DNA of 64,000 nt, taken from the NCBI GenBank assembly GCA_963717255.1, contig CAVQVT010000007.1, positions 171,466-235,465 on the forward strand, given 5' to 3'. This DNA is from an uncultured Chloroflexia bacterium (lineage in GTDB: Bacteria > Chloroflexota > Limnocylindria > Limnocylindrales > CSP1-4). Both the position numbers and the translations under genes were made by a program. Shown piece after piece: positions 32,981-45,407 of the stretch (within the stretch, counting starts at the first letter, position 1; the number at the start of each line of letters is the position of its first letter). Under the pieces are notes generated by a model. It was not told the origin of the DNA and made no database searches. It saw nothing but the letters and a program-made list of their open reading frames with translations.

Positions 32981-33118
32981 GGCCTTCCGAGATGAGGATC
33001 CGCCGCCGATACGACCCAGGGCAAGGCGCCGCCGAGCACGCGAGCGAGCGCACTCCGCCGTGCGTGAGCGAGGGCGCGGAGGCGGCAACGCAGCCAAGGG
33101 CGCGGAGCGGCGGCGGCC

Positions 33119-35432
<2,314 letters not shown>

Positions 35433-35441
35433 GCACGCGCC

Positions 35442-35870
35442 ATGTCGCTCCTCCTGGAGATCGTCACGCCGGAGAAGCTGGCATACCGTGACCAGGTGGA
35501 CGAGGTCGTCGTCCCCGGGATCGACGGCCAGCTCGGCATCCTCCCGCACCACGCGCCGCTGCTCACGGTCCTCGGGGTCGGCGAGCTGCACATCCGCAAG
35601 GGCGGGGACGACGAGTACTTCGCCATCGTGGGCGGCTTCCTCCAGGTGCGCCCGGACAAGGTCGTCGTGATGGCCGAGACGGCGGACATGGCGTCAGAGA
35701 TCGACCTCGAGCGGGCCGATCAGGCCCGGCGCGACGCCGAGAAGGCGCTCTCGTCCACGTACGTGGAGCCCGCCGACATGGCGGCGGCTCGCGCGGCGCT
35801 CGATCGCGCTCTGCTCCGGATCCGCGTGGCTGAGCGACGGCATCACGAGGGCTCGCGCCACCGCGGCTGA
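35442..35870 (+). CDS. atpC: F0F1 ATP synthase subunit epsilon
   Basis: 142 aa with a beta-sandwich plus helical hairpin (LEIVTPEKLAYRDQVDEVVVPGIDG). Confidence 0.9.
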   Translation: MSLLLEIVTPEKLAYRDQVDEVVVPGIDGQLGILPHHAPLLTVLGVGELHIRKGGDDEYFAIVGGFLQVRPDKVVVMAETADMASEIDLERADQARRDAEKALSSTYVEPADMAAARAALDRALLRIRVAERRHHEGSRHRG

Positions 35871-35916
35871 CGCGGACGACGCGGGAACCCTGCAGGGACG
35901 CACCGGAAGGACGACC

Positions 35917-37260
35917 GTGGCCGACGCACGCCCGTTCCACTGGGAGTACACGCCGCCGCCCGTCGCGCGGGAGATCTTCCGCGTCGAGGGCGGCCGGGCG
36001 CTCCGCGGGACGGTCCCGATCAGTGGCGCGAAGAACGCCGCCCTCAAGATGATGGCCGCGGCCACGCTCACGGGCGAGCGGTGCCGCCTGACGAACGTCC
36101 CCGAGATCGAAGACGTGAGCGTCATGGCGGACACGCTGCGCGACCTCGGCGTCGTCGTGGACCACCCCGCGCCGAACACGTACGAGATCGCGTCCGGGGA
36201 CGTCGACTGGCTCTTCGTCCCCCTCGAGGCCGCGGCGAAGATGCGGTCCTCGTTCATCCTCCTCGGGCCGATCCTCGCACGCTTCGGCCGGGTGATCATC
36301 AGCAACCCGGGAGGGGACCGGATCGGCCGCCGGCCGGTGGACCTCCACGTGGACGCCATGCGCGCACTCGGTGCCGAGATCGAGTACCGCAACGGCTACT
36401 ACCTCGCGAAGGCGCCCGGCCGCCTCCGCGGCGGCACGGTCGAGTTCCCGTTCGTCACGGTCATGGGGACGGAGAACGCGATCCTGGCGGCGACGCTCGC
36501 GGACGGGCACACGGTCATCCGCCCAGCGGCGCGGGAGCCCGAGATCGACGACCTCATCACCATGCTCCGTGCGATGGGCGCCGAGGTGGAACGGACCGAG
36601 CCGGACGTCATCGAGGTCGAGGGGCGTCGCCGCCTGCGCGGCGCGGACCACCGGGTCATGCCGGACCGGATCGAGACGGGCACATTCGTCATCGCCGCCG
36701 CCATCACGGGCGGCGATGTGGCCGTGGAGGGCGTCGACTGCGACCACCTCGGCGCGTTCCTCGACGTCATCACCTCGATGGGCGTCTCCATCGCGTGCGC
36801 GAAGGACCGGATCGAGGTGCGCGGCGCCCCGGCGGGGGGCGGCGCCTACCGCGCGGTGGACGTGACGACGGCCCCGTACCCCGGGTTCGCCACGGACCTT
36901 CAGCCCCCGACCGGCGTCCTGCTCTCCCAGGCGACCGGCACGAGCCGGATCGACGAGACGATCTATGAGGACCGTCTCGAGTGGCTGTCCGGACTCGCGA
37001 AGATGGGCGCCACCGTCCGCGTCCTGGACCGACACCGGGCCGAGATCGACGGCCCCGCGCGCCTCGTGGGCGGCGAGATGGAGATCGGCGATCTGCGGGC
37101 GGGTGCCTCGCTCATCCTGGCAGCGCTCGCCGCCGACGGGACCTCCGTCATCCACGGCGCGCACCACGTCAAGCGGGGGTATGAGAACATCGAGCGTAAG
37201 TTCCTCGATCTGGGCGCGCGGATCGAGCGTCTCCAGGAGGATCCCGTCACCCCCGCATGA
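35917..37260 (+). CDS. murA: UDP-N-acetylglucosamine 1-carboxyvinyltransferase
   Basis: 447-aa EPSP-synthase-fold protein ([15 protein letters not shown]...). GTG start with GGAAGG SD. ATGA overlap with mreB. Confidence 0.9.
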   Translation: MADARPFHWEYTPPPVAREIFRVEGGRALRGTVPISGAKNAALKMMAAATLTGERCRLTNVPEIEDVSVMADTLRDLGVVVDHPAPNTYEIASGDVDWLFVPLEAAAKMRSSFILLGPILARFGRVIISNPGGDRIGRRPVDLHVDAMRALGAEIEYRNGYYLAKAPGRLRGGTVEFPFVTVMGTENAILAATLADGHTVIRPAAREPEIDDLITMLRAMGAEVERTEPDVIEVEGRRRLRGADHRVMPDRIETGTFVIAAAITGGDVAVEGVDCDHLGAFLDVITSMGVSIACAKDRIEVRGAPAGGGAYRAVDVTTAPYPGFATDLQPPTGVLLSQATGTSRIDETIYEDRLEWLSGLAKMGATVRVLDRHRAEIDGPARLVGGEMEIGDLRAGASLILAALAADGTSVIHGAHHVKRGYENIERKFLDLGARIERLQEDPVTPA

Positions 37261-38255
37261 AGATCGGCATCGACCTCGGCACCGCGAACGTCCTCGTCTA
37301 CGTGAAGGGCAAGGGCGTCGTCATCCGGGAGCCTTCTGTCGTCGCGGTGAGCGAGGACAACCGCATCGTCGCGGTGGGCGAAGAGGCGCGGGAGATGATC
37401 GGCCGGACACCCGGCAGCATCACCGCGATCCGTCCCATGAAGGACGGCGTCATCGCCGACTACGTCATCACCGAGGCGATGCTCCGCTACTTCATCGGCC
37501 GCGCCACCAAGGGCTCGTTCAGCCTGACCAAGCCCGAGGTCATGATCAGCGTCCCGGCCGGCGTGACCAGCGTGGAGAAGCGCGCGGTGCGCGATGCGGC
37601 CCTCAAGGCGGGCGCCCGCGAGGCCTACCTGATCGAGGAGCCGCTCGCCGCCGCGATCGGGGCGAGCGTCCCGATCAGCAGCCCGTCGGGGAACATGATC
37701 ATCGACATCGGGGGCGGGACGTCCGAGATCGCGGTCATCAGCCTCGGCGGGATCGTCGTGAGCCAGAGCCTCCGGATCGGCGGCAACCGCTTTGACGAGT
37801 CGATCGCCAGCTACATCCGGAAGAAGTACAACCTCATGATCGGCGAGCGGACGGCCGAGGAGGTCAAGATCCAGATCGGGACCGCGATCCCGTTGGAGCG
37901 CGAGCTCCAGATGGACGTCCGCGGCCGCGACCTCATCGCCGGCCTGCCGCGCACGATCCCGATCACCAGCTCGGAGGTGATGGAGGCGATCGAGCTCCCG
38001 CTCCAGGCGGTCGTCACCGCGGTCCGCCAGGTCCTCGAGCAGACCCCTCCGGAGCTCTCGAGCGACATCATCGACAAGGGGATGGTGATGTCGGGCGGCG
38101 GCTCCCTCCTCCGCAGCTTCGACCGCCTCCTCACCCAGGTGACCGGCGTGCCCTGCCACGTCGCGGAGAACCCGCTCAACTGCGTCGCCATGGGCACGGG
38201 CCTCGCCCTCGAGCACTTCGACTTCTTCAAGAAGTCGCTGGTGCAGCAGATCTGA
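37257..38255 (+). CDS. mreB: rod shape-determining actin homolog MreB
   Basis: [31 protein letters not shown] and the full actin fold. Confidence 0.9.
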   Translation: MKIGIDLGTANVLVYVKGKGVVIREPSVVAVSEDNRIVAVGEEAREMIGRTPGSITAIRPMKDGVIADYVITEAMLRYFIGRATKGSFSLTKPEVMISVPAGVTSVEKRAVRDAALKAGAREAYLIEEPLAAAIGASVPISSPSGNMIIDIGGGTSEIAVISLGGIVVSQSLRIGGNRFDESIASYIRKKYNLMIGERTAEEVKIQIGTAIPLERELQMDVRGRDLIAGLPRTIPITSSEVMEAIELPLQAVVTAVRQVLEQTPPELSSDIIDKGMVMSGGGSLLRSFDRLLTQVTGVPCHVAENPLNCVAMGTGLALEHFDFFKKSLVQQI

Positions 38256-38265
38256 GGGCGGCGGC

Positions 38266-39039
38266 GTGACGCCCGGCCGCCGAGCCTTCGTCGACCTCCA
38301 CTGTCACACGCGGGCGAGCTTCGATTCGCTCTCGGACCCGGTGAAGGTCGCCCGGACGGCGCAGCGGCGCGGCCTCACGCATCTCGCGATCACCGACCAC
38401 GACACGATCGAGGGTGCGCTCCGGGCCCGCGACGCGCGGGTCGACGGGCTGTCGATCATCGTCGGCGAGGAGGTGAAGACGGCGGCGGGCGACCTCATCT
38501 GCCTCTTCCTGGAACGCGCCGTCCCACCCGGTCTCCCGATCGCCGAGACGATCGCGGCGGTCCGAGAGCAGGGCGGGCTCGTCGGGATCCCGCATCCGTT
38601 CGACGGCTACCGGAACTCGGTCCTGCGCGACGAGGGTCTCGCCTCGGTCGCGTCGCTGGTGGACTACGTCGAGACGCACAACGCGCGCGTCATGATGGGC
38701 GAGGGGAACGAGAAGGCCGCCGTCTTCGCCGCAGACCGCGGGCTGCCCGGGGTCTCCGTCTCCGATGCGCACACGATCCTCGAGGTCGGCGTCGCGTCCA
38801 CGATCCTGGACCTCGACCCGTCCACGCCGGCCGGCCTGCTCGCCGCGCTCCCGGGTGCCCACCTTGCGACGGGACGCGCCACGTACTTCGTCCGCCTGGT
38901 GACGCCCGTCGCGAAGGTCCTCCAGCGGGCTCGCGGCGTCCGGCGCGTCGCGCCCGCGGCCGTGCCCGCGAGCGGCACCGAACCGGCCGAGGGCACCGCG
39001 GACCCGGGTGGCGCCGGAGACACAGGGGACGCCCGATGA
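38266..39039 (+). CDS. PHP-domain metal-dependent phosphoesterase
   Basis: VDLHCHTRASFDS ... HLAITDHDT ... IPHP are the PHP histidine motifs. Confidence 0.75.
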   Translation: MTPGRRAFVDLHCHTRASFDSLSDPVKVARTAQRRGLTHLAITDHDTIEGALRARDARVDGLSIIVGEEVKTAAGDLICLFLERAVPPGLPIAETIAAVREQGGLVGIPHPFDGYRNSVLRDEGLASVASLVDYVETHNARVMMGEGNEKAAVFAADRGLPGVSVSDAHTILEVGVASTILDLDPSTPAGLLAALPGAHLATGRATYFVRLVTPVAKVLQRARGVRRVAPAAVPASGTEPAEGTADPGGAGDTGDAR

Positions 39040-40295
39040 CCGGCACCCGGGAGCCGGCCGAGCAGGTACCGCCCGCGGGCCCTCGGTCGCAGCCCGACGG
39101 CCCGGCATCGCCCGAAGGGTCTTCCGCCCCGGACCCCCGGCCCGGCTCGCGCGCAGGGGACGGGCGACACGACGAGCTCGAGAGCCCGCTCCGCCTCGAG
39201 GAGGAGCTGTTCGAGGATCCGGCCCAGCTCGAGCGCGAGGTCACGGCGGATCAGGTCTCCCTCACGCGCCGTCTCCGACAGCCGCGGACGATCATCTCGC
39301 TCGTCCTCCCGCTCGTCCTCCTCGTCCTCGTCCTCCGGGTCGTCCTCTCGATCGACTTCCAGGAGCTCTTCGCGGCGGTCCTCGACGCGAACATGTGGCT
39401 CCTGCTCGCGGCGTTCCTCGTGTACTACATCGGCTTCCCACTGCGCGGCTACCGATGGATCCTGCTCCTGCGTGGGTCGGGGATCCGGATCCGGACGATC
39501 GACGGGACGCACATCATCTTCCTGTCCTGGCTGGTCAACTGCCTCGTCCCGGCCAAGCTCGGTGACGTGTATCGGGCGTACCTCCTGAAGTCGAACGCGC
39601 CGGTCTCGCTCTCGCGCACCTTCGGGACCGTCTTCATCGAGCGGATCCTCGACCTCTTCGTCATCGCGATCCTGGGCCTCGCGGCCGGCTTCTGGAGCTT
39701 CCGCATCGACATGCCCCCGTCGATCCGGTTCGTCGTCGCCCTCGGCGTCGGCGTGGTGATCGTCCTTGCGGTCGGGCTCATCACGATGCGGAGCTTCGGG
39801 CGACGCATCCTCGTCCGGCTTCCGCTTCCCGCCCGCGTGCTCGAGCTGTACGATCGCTTCGAGGAGGGCGTCTTCGGGTCGATCGGCCCGCGCGCCCTCC
39901 CCGGCCTCCTCGTCCTCACGGGTCTCATCTGGATGACGGAGGCGCTCCGCCTCTACTTCGTCGTCGAGGCCCTCGGCTTCCCGGACGTCTCCCTCGGGCT
40001 CTCGGGCGCCGCGTTCGTCGCCCTCGTCGGCTCGCTCCTCACCGCCGTCCCGCTCAGCCCGGCGGGGCTCGGCATCGTCGAGCTCGGGGTCGTCGGCGTC
40101 CTCACGGCCGCCTACGGCATCCCGCTCCAGGAGGCCACGACGATCGCGCTTGTGGATCGCGCGATCAGCGTCCTCTCGGTCATCGTGCTCGGGGCGATCG
40201 TCTACGCGATCTCGCCGATCCGTCGCGGTCGCGGCATCCCGTGCGTGGAGACCGAGCCCGAGCCGGCCGTCGCCGGCGCCGCTCCGACGACCTGA
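39036..40295 (+). CDS. flippase-like / lysylphosphatidylglycerol-synthase-TM-domain (UPF0104) membrane protein
   Basis: LVPAKLGDVYRAYLLK...FIERILDLFVIAIL is a UPF0104 signature. About 8 TM helices. 90-aa disordered N-terminus. ATGA overlap with the PHP gene. Confidence 0.7.
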   Translation: MTGTREPAEQVPPAGPRSQPDGPASPEGSSAPDPRPGSRAGDGRHDELESPLRLEEELFEDPAQLEREVTADQVSLTRRLRQPRTIISLVLPLVLLVLVLRVVLSIDFQELFAAVLDANMWLLLAAFLVYYIGFPLRGYRWILLLRGSGIRIRTIDGTHIIFLSWLVNCLVPAKLGDVYRAYLLKSNAPVSLSRTFGTVFIERILDLFVIAILGLAAGFWSFRIDMPPSIRFVVALGVGVVIVLAVGLITMRSFGRRILVRLPLPARVLELYDRFEEGVFGSIGPRALPGLLVLTGLIWMTEALRLYFVVEALGFPDVSLGLSGAAFVALVGSLLTAVPLSPAGLGIVELGVVGVLTAAYGIPLQEATTIALVDRAISVLSVIVLGAIVYAISPIRRGRGIPCVETEPEPAVAGAAPTT

Positions 40296-40477
40296 CCCGC
40301 GCGTCGCCCCGGCCGCATGCGCTCCCGGGACGGGTCCGGGCCGCCGACCGTACCGGTCACGCCCCGTACTCCCGGCGCCCTCCGGCGCGGTACCACCGAC
40401 TCATACCTCGGTGCATCGCGTCATCGCATAGTGGCTCTGCTGCCGAGCATGGCGGCGGCATCGAAAGGGTCAGGCAG

Positions 40478-40936
40478 ATGATCGACGGCCAGAACGGACG
40501 ACCGTTCAACGAGTGGCTGCGCATGCAGCTGCGGGCGAAGAGGATGTCCCAGCGGCAGCTCGCTCATCTCTCCGGCGTCGACCATTCCACGATCTCCCGC
40601 CTCGTCCGGGGCGACCGCACGCCCTCCCTCGAGACCGCCACGAAGCTGGCCCGCGGGCTCCGCGAGCTCCGGGAGGACCAGGAGCCGACCCAGTACCTCG
40701 GCACCCTCCAGTCCACGCCGACGAACCCGGTCGCCCGCGTCGAGTACTCGCTCCGCGCCGACGAGGTGCTCGACGAGGGCGACATCCGCATGGTGATGGA
40801 GACGTACCTCGCGGCCCGGCTCCGCCGGCTCCGTGGGGCCGTCTCGCGCGTGACCCGCGCCGACGGGCAGTCGGCCGCGTCCGCGCGCTCGCGCCTGGCG
40901 CTGTCGGCGGCAGCGTCAGGACGACGCGACGACTGA
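40478..40936 (+). CDS. XRE-family helix-turn-helix transcriptional regulator
   Basis: Re-called at ATG 40478. MSQRQLAHLSGVDHSTISRLVRGDRTPSLETATKLARGL is a Cro/C1-type HTH. Confidence 0.6.
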   Translation: MIDGQNGRPFNEWLRMQLRAKRMSQRQLAHLSGVDHSTISRLVRGDRTPSLETATKLARGLRELREDQEPTQYLGTLQSTPTNPVARVEYSLRADEVLDEGDIRMVMETYLAARLRRLRGAVSRVTRADGQSAASARSRLALSAAASGRRDD

Positions 40937-40999
40937 CGACCCCTCAGGGGCGGATGCCCTTCGAGGGCGATCGGGTCCGGGACCCGGTCGCCCTCTCCC

Positions 41000-41038
41000 G
41001 TTCCGGGGGGGCCGGCGCGCCGGTCCTCCCCGGAACGC
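41000..41038. terminator. nested hairpin between a convergent gene pair (10-bp outer stem CGTTCCGGGG/CCCCGGAACG; inner 12-bp palindrome CCGGCGCGCCGG)
   Basis: Seen directly, between the XRE regulator stop and the nfo stop. Confidence 0.4.
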
Positions 41039-41056
41039 GGTCGTCGGTCAGCGACG

Positions 41057-42031
41057 TCAGTCGGGGGCCGTCAGGCCGGCCGAGCCGCGCGCCTTCAGTG
41101 CCTCGGGCGGCACCGGCTCCATGGGCTGCCCCGCCGCGATCCGCAGCGCATTGCGCACGTTGAGCGCGTCGTATCCCTCGTCCATCCCCGGCGTCTCGAG
41201 GTAGTGGGGAACGCCGGCCAGCGACGGATGGGTGAGGAGACGGTGGAGGCCGACGGCGCCGATCCGTCCCGCGCCGAGGTGCTCGTGACGGTCGAAGCGG
41301 GAGCCGCGTTCGGCCTTGGAGTCGTTGAGGTGGACCATCGCGACGCTGCCGGGCCCCAGCAGGGACTCCACGCGCGCCAGCAGGTCGTCCACGCCCGTCG
41401 GGGTCGTCGATCGCGTATCCGGCTCCCCACAGGTGCGCGGTGTCCAGGCAGAACGCGACGCGGTCGCGGCCGAGGCCACGCGCCTCCAGCGCCTCCGCGA
41501 TCTCCGCGAGGTCCTCCACGGTGACGCCGACCGCGAATCCACCGCCGGCCGAGTTCTCCAGGACGACCCGGGGCGCCGCGGGGTCGGGCGGCATCCGCGA
41601 GAGGGCCATGTCGATCCCCTCCGCGAGCCGCGAGATCCCCTCTCGCGCCCGGCCCCGCGGTGGGAGCCGATATGGACGTTGACGAAGCGCCCCGCGAAGC
41701 CGGGCGCGACCGCGACCTCGGACGCGAGCAGCTCCACCGACCGCGCGTACAGCTCCTCCTCGGGGCCGGCGAGGTTCACGAGGTACGGCGCGTGGATCGC
41801 GACCGGCCCGATCGACCGGTCCGCGAGGCGGGCCCTGAAGGCCGCCTGCTCGGCCGGCGGCTCGGCACGGCGCCGCCAGGAGGTGGGGTTGTCGGTGAAG
41901 ATCTGGAGCGCGCCCCCGCCCACCTCCGCGATCCGGTCCACGGCGCGCACCATCCCGTCGGCCATCGGCAGGTGCGCGCCCAGCGTGCGGCCGCCGGGAA
42001 GGGTCGAAGGGATCGCGGACGTGTCCGTCAT
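41057..42031 (-). pseudogene. nfo: endonuclease IV (Nfo, AP endonuclease) disrupted by two compensating 1-nt frameshifts
   Basis: N-terminal third (GALQIFTDNPTSW...HAPYLVNLA...VNVHIGSH) and C-terminal third (VDDLLARVESLLGPGSVAMVHLNDSKAERGSRFDRHEHLGAGRIG...HYLETPG) are in one frame. The conserved middle (GISRLAEGIDMAL...PRVVLENSAGGG...RVAFCLDTAHLWGAGYAIDDPDG) is in a second frame. Shift points are near 41636-41660 (G/C runs) and 41396-41402. Confidence 0.7.
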
Positions 42032-42240
42032 GGCCGCGCCGCCGGGCGTCGTGGTACCTTCCGCCGATGCCGGACGGCGCCGACCGCCCCGAGAGCCGCG
42101 ACGCAGCGGGCCGACACCCGTCGGCCGGATCGGCCGCGGCTTCCGCCCGACCCGCCTGCTCGCCGAGGGTCCACGAGCCGGGGACCGCCGCGGACGACGC
42201 GGAGGTGGTCGCCCTCTCGGCGGCCCTGGGCGAGGACCCC

Positions 42241-42498
42241 ATGTTCGTCTCGCGGACGCTCCGTTCGTTCGTCCGCGACGGTCGCCTGACGGGCATCCCC
42301 GCACGCGACAGGAAGAGGCGTGTCGTGATCCGCTGGCTCAGCGACACGGCATTCCCCGACGCCGGCGCATGGCCCGAGCCCGAGGTGAACATGCGCATCG
42401 CCCTCGCGCACGCGGATGTCTCGGCGCTGCGCCGCCACATGGTGGACGCGGGCCTGCTCGTCCGCGACGCGGGGGTCTACCGGCGCGGGACGGGCTGA
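42241..42498 (+). CDS. DUF2087-domain protein
   Basis: FVRDGRLTGIPARDRKRRVVIRWL...EPEVNMRIALAHADVSALRRHMVDAGLLVRDAGVYRR matches DUF2087. The start is uncertain (ATG 42241 or an upstream in-frame start from 42067). Confidence 0.45.
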   Translation: MFVSRTLRSFVRDGRLTGIPARDRKRRVVIRWLSDTAFPDAGAWPEPEVNMRIALAHADVSALRRHMVDAGLLVRDAGVYRRGTG

Positions 42499-42504
42499 CG
42501 ACCC

Positions 42505-42545
42505 GGCTCCCGGTCCCGCGCGGCCGGCGCGGGACGGGCGGGAGC
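42505..42545. terminator. GC-rich hairpin between convergent DUF2087 and hpf genes
   Basis: GGCTCCCGGTCCCGCGC-GGCC-GGCGCGGGACGGGCGGGAGCC, an imperfect ~17-bp stem. Confidence 0.45.
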
Positions 42546-42551
42546 CGTCGG

Positions 42552-43160
42552 TCACGCGGACGTGGCCTTCGACTTCGCGCGCGACGGCCGGGACGGGGTG
42601 TACTCGCCGCCCACGACGGGCTCGATGAGCCCGTACGCGCCGTCGTTGCGCCGGTAGAGGACCGCGATCCGCTCGGTCTCGCCGTTCACGAACACGAAGA
42701 AGTCATGCCCGAGGTCGTCCATCCGCTGGATCGCGTCCTCTTCGAACATCGGCTCGATCGCGAAGCGCTTCGTCTTCACCACCCGCCGCTCCTCGCCTTC
42801 CTCGGACGTCCCGTCGGCGATCCTCCGGAGCAGCTCCTTCTCGTCGGGACGGCGGACGCGCGTGGAGCGCGGCTTCTCGCGATAGTCCACCGCTCGCCGC
42901 TCCATCTTGTCCACGACCTCGTCGATCCCCGCCTTGTGCGTGGGCCCCGCGGCACGGCCGCGGAGCGTCTCGCCGTCGATCACGAGGGTGACCTCGACGA
43001 TGCAGGAGTCGGCGGCGCTGCGGTGCTTCTCGGTCGAGAGCTCGACGATCGCGTCCGTCCGGTCATCGAGGTACCGCTCGAGGCGTGCCATCTTCCGCTC
43101 CGCGTACTCGCGGGTGCGGTCCGGGACGTCGATGTTCTTGCCCTTGACGATCGTCCTCAC
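42552..43160 (-). CDS. hpf: ribosome hibernation promoting factor, long form (HPF/RaiA with C-terminal dimerisation domain)
   Basis: MRTIVKGKNIDVPDRTREYAERKMARLERYL plus the conserved C-terminal domain (KTKRFAIEPMFEEDAIQRMDDLGHDFFVFVN). GTG start with GGGAGG SD. Confidence 0.85.
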   Translation of the reverse strand: MRTIVKGKNIDVPDRTREYAERKMARLERYLDDRTDAIVELSTEKHRSAADSCIVEVTLVIDGETLRGRAAGPTHKAGIDEVVDKMERRAVDYREKPRSTRVRRPDEKELLRRIADGTSEEGEERRVVKTKRFAIEPMFEEDAIQRMDDLGHDFFVFVNGETERIAVLYRRNDGAYGLIEPVVGGEYTPSRPSRAKSKATSA

Positions 43161-43316
43161 GGATGACCTCCCATAGGCGGCGCGGCGCGCGGCGCCGCGA
43201 GGGATCCGCAGCGAGCGCGCGCCGGCACGGCCGATGTCACGAACCGAGTATAGGTCCGCGCGACCCGGAGCCGGACAGCCCCCGATGGATACCGTCGGGG
43301 CGTACCGAAGTCCCGC

Positions 43317-44057
43317 TCAGCGCTCCCTCGCGACCGTCAGCGCGGAGACGGCGACGGCCCCCGCGGAGTGGAGAGCGAGCGCGGCCTCACGCAGCGTCGC
43401 CCCGGTGGTCATGACGTCGTCCACGAGGACGACCCACCGGCCGTCGACGGTCTCTGGTGCGGTGACGGCGAACGCCCCGGCGACGTTCCCGGCGCGGCCG
43501 CGCCGGTCGAGCTCCGCCTGGCGCGCCGTCCGCCGCGTGCGCACCAGCGCCCGGGCGACGGGCGCCTTCGCGATGCGGCCGGCCTCGCGTGCGATCAGGT
43601 GCGCCTGGTCGAACCCGCGCTCGCGCAGCCGGTCGCGGTGGACGGGGACCGGGACCAGCACGTCGCCGAGGCCCCCGCATGACGCCCACCGTCGCGCGAG
43701 CGCCCCGCCGAGGGGGACGGCCAGACGGCGCACGCCACCGTACTTCAGGGCGTGGATCACGGCGCGGCCGAGGCCCGAGTACGGGACGCACCACTCGTGC
43801 GCGACGAGAGGGAGGGGCACCTCCGAGGGCAGCCCGATGGCGACGCCCGGCTGGCTCCCCAGGCGGGCGTCGAGCTCTGCCTCGCAGCCGGGACAGAGGA
43901 CGCTGCCCTCCCGGCCGCACCCGGCGCACGCCGGGGGAAGCACGAGGTCCAGCAGGCGTGACGTCACATGACCCACGCCGTCCACGGCCACTCGGCCGGA
44001 CGTCCGGGCGCGGGATCCCGCGCGGACGCGGCTCGGCCGGGACTCCATGTCGGTCAC
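43317..44057 (-). CDS. comF: ComF-family phosphoribosyltransferase-domain protein
   Basis: N-terminal double CxxC zinc ribbon (CAGCGREGSVLCPGCEAEL) and the PRTase motif VVLVDDVMTTGATL. The comF-hpf pairing is a common arrangement. Confidence 0.7.
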   Translation of the reverse strand: MTDMESRPSRVRAGSRARTSGRVAVDGVGHVTSRLLDLVLPPACAGCGREGSVLCPGCEAELDARLGSQPGVAIGLPSEVPLPLVAHEWCVPYSGLGRAVIHALKYGGVRRLAVPLGGALARRWASCGGLGDVLVPVPVHRDRLRERGFDQAHLIAREAGRIAKAPVARALVRTRRTARQAELDRRGRAGNVAGAFAVTAPETVDGRWVVLVDDVMTTGATLREAALALHSAGAVAVSALTVARER

Positions 44058-44083
44058 GATGACCGGCCCCGATCACCCCTGGA

Positions 44084-44449
44084 TCAGCGAACGATCGCCA
44101 CCCGATCCCCCACGGCCGTCCCGGACCGATCGATCGCGCCCGCAGGCAGCTCGATCGTCCCCGTTCCGCCGCGTACCCACCAGACCACGCCGGTCCACGG
44201 CCGCAGGCCGTGTCGAAGGCCGACCACCGGTCGGGCGCCGTCCGCCTCCTCGCGGCCCAGGAAGACGCAGTCGATCGGGAACCGCATGAACAGCATGTGG
44301 ATGCTCGGCGAGCCCGGAAGCCACAGCCCGGCACCCTCGGACAGAGCCGACCGCCCCATGAGCCCCAGGAGCCTGGCCCAGAAGCTCCCGGCGAGCTCCA
44401 GGTCGTCGGCGATCGCGGCGTCGCGCGTCAGGTTCCGGGCCCGTGCCAC
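44084..44449 (-). CDS. DUF192-domain protein (COG1430)
   Basis: A hand translation of the 408-nt gap between tadC and comF gives ...AGSFWARLLGLMGRSALSEGAGLWLPGSPSIHMLFMRFPIDCVFLGREEADGARPVVGLRHGLRPWTGVVWWVRGGTGTIELPAGAIDRSGTAVGDRVAI. This is the DUF192 signature. It sits in the 3' end of a spurious 344-aa track ORF. GTG 44449 is proposed as the start. Confidence 0.55.
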   Translation of the reverse strand: MARARNLTRDAAIADDLELAGSFWARLLGLMGRSALSEGAGLWLPGSPSIHMLFMRFPIDCVFLGREEADGARPVVGLRHGLRPWTGVVWWVRGGTGTIELPAGAIDRSGTAVGDRVAIVR

Positions 44450-44465
44450 CGGCGGACGCCCGCGT

Positions 44466-45404
44466 TCAGCCGGTGACGCCGGACAGGCCGAGGATGACCG
44501 TGATGATGGCCGGCCCAAGGAGGACGATGAACAGGCACGGGAAGATGCAGCCGATGAGCGGGAAGAGCAGCTTGATCGGCGCCTTCTGGGCCATCTCCTC
44601 CGCCCGCTGACGGCGCTCGATGCGGAGCTGCTCGGACTGGACCTGGAGCACCTTCGAGATCGAGACGCCAAGCTGCTCCGCCTGGATGACGGCGGAGATG
44701 AAGTTGGTGAGCGGCGGGACGTCCGTCCGCACGATGATGTCGCGGAGCGCATCGCGCCGGAGCTTTCCCATCCGGACCTCGGCGAGTGCCCGCCGGAACT
44801 CGTCCGGCAGCGGGCCTCGCATCCGCTCGACGACCTTGCCCAGGGCGGCGTCGAACCCGAGGCCTGCCCGCACCGAGATGGTGAGCAGGTCGAGTGCGTC
44901 CGGGAGGCCCAGGACGATGAGGTGCTGGCGGCCCTTGATCTTCCTGCCGAGCCAGTAGTCGGGGCCGATGTAGCCTCCCACGACGCCGCCGATGCCGAAC
45001 AGGAGGCCGGCGGGAGCGCCCATCCCGAGCAGCAGGCCGAAGATGAGGAAGAAGGACAATCCCGCGACGGCCGCGGCGATGACCTTGATCCCGAGCCACT
45101 CCTGGACCCGGATGCCACTCGGGTTGCCGGCCTGCGCCAGACGCAGCTCCGTCCGTTCCGCGAACGTCGCCGAGGTGAAGCGTCGCGGGAACGCGGCGAG
45201 CCGGTTCGCGAACGGCCGGAGCGTCCGGTCGAGGAACGGCTGCTGGAGCTCGATCTCCGCGAGCGACTTGGCCTGCATCGTGCCGAGCTGGGAGAGACGG
45301 GCCTGGACCGGGTCGGTCGAGCGTCCGCTCGCGATGCCGATCGCGATGAGCACGATGGATCCGGCGGCGGCGGCGGCGACGGCGATCGGCAGATAGACGT
45401 CCAT
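44466..45404 (-). CDS. tadC: Flp pilus assembly protein TadC (T2SS-F domain)
   Basis: 312 aa with a T2SSF domain. Confidence 0.8.
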   Translation of the reverse strand: MDVYLPIAVAAAAAGSIVLIAIGIASGRSTDPVQARLSQLGTMQAKSLAEIELQQPFLDRTLRPFANRLAAFPRRFTSATFAERTELRLAQAGNPSGIRVQEWLGIKVIAAAVAGLSFFLIFGLLLGMGAPAGLLFGIGGVVGGYIGPDYWLGRKIKGRQHLIVLGLPDALDLLTISVRAGLGFDAALGKVVERMRGPLPDEFRRALAEVRMGKLRRDALRDIIVRTDVPPLTNFISAVIQAEQLGVSISKVLQVQSEQLRIERRQRAEEMAQKAPIKLLFPLIGCIFPCLFIVLLGPAIITVILGLSGVTG

Positions 45405-45407
45405 CGG

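Noticed and set aside
35888-35897. Short palindromes: CCCTGCAGGG at 35888..35897, GGGTCCGGGACCC at 40973..40985, CCCCTCAGGGG at 40940..40950
   Set aside because: They are too short or lack a loop, so they cannot form stable hairpins. Chance occurrence in GC-rich DNA cannot be excluded.
42067-42240. Longer start for the DUF2087 ORF
   Set aside because: The upstream 58 codons are Ala/Arg-rich and lie within 36 nt of the divergent nfo start. The domain begins after ATG 42241. This is kept as the alternative.
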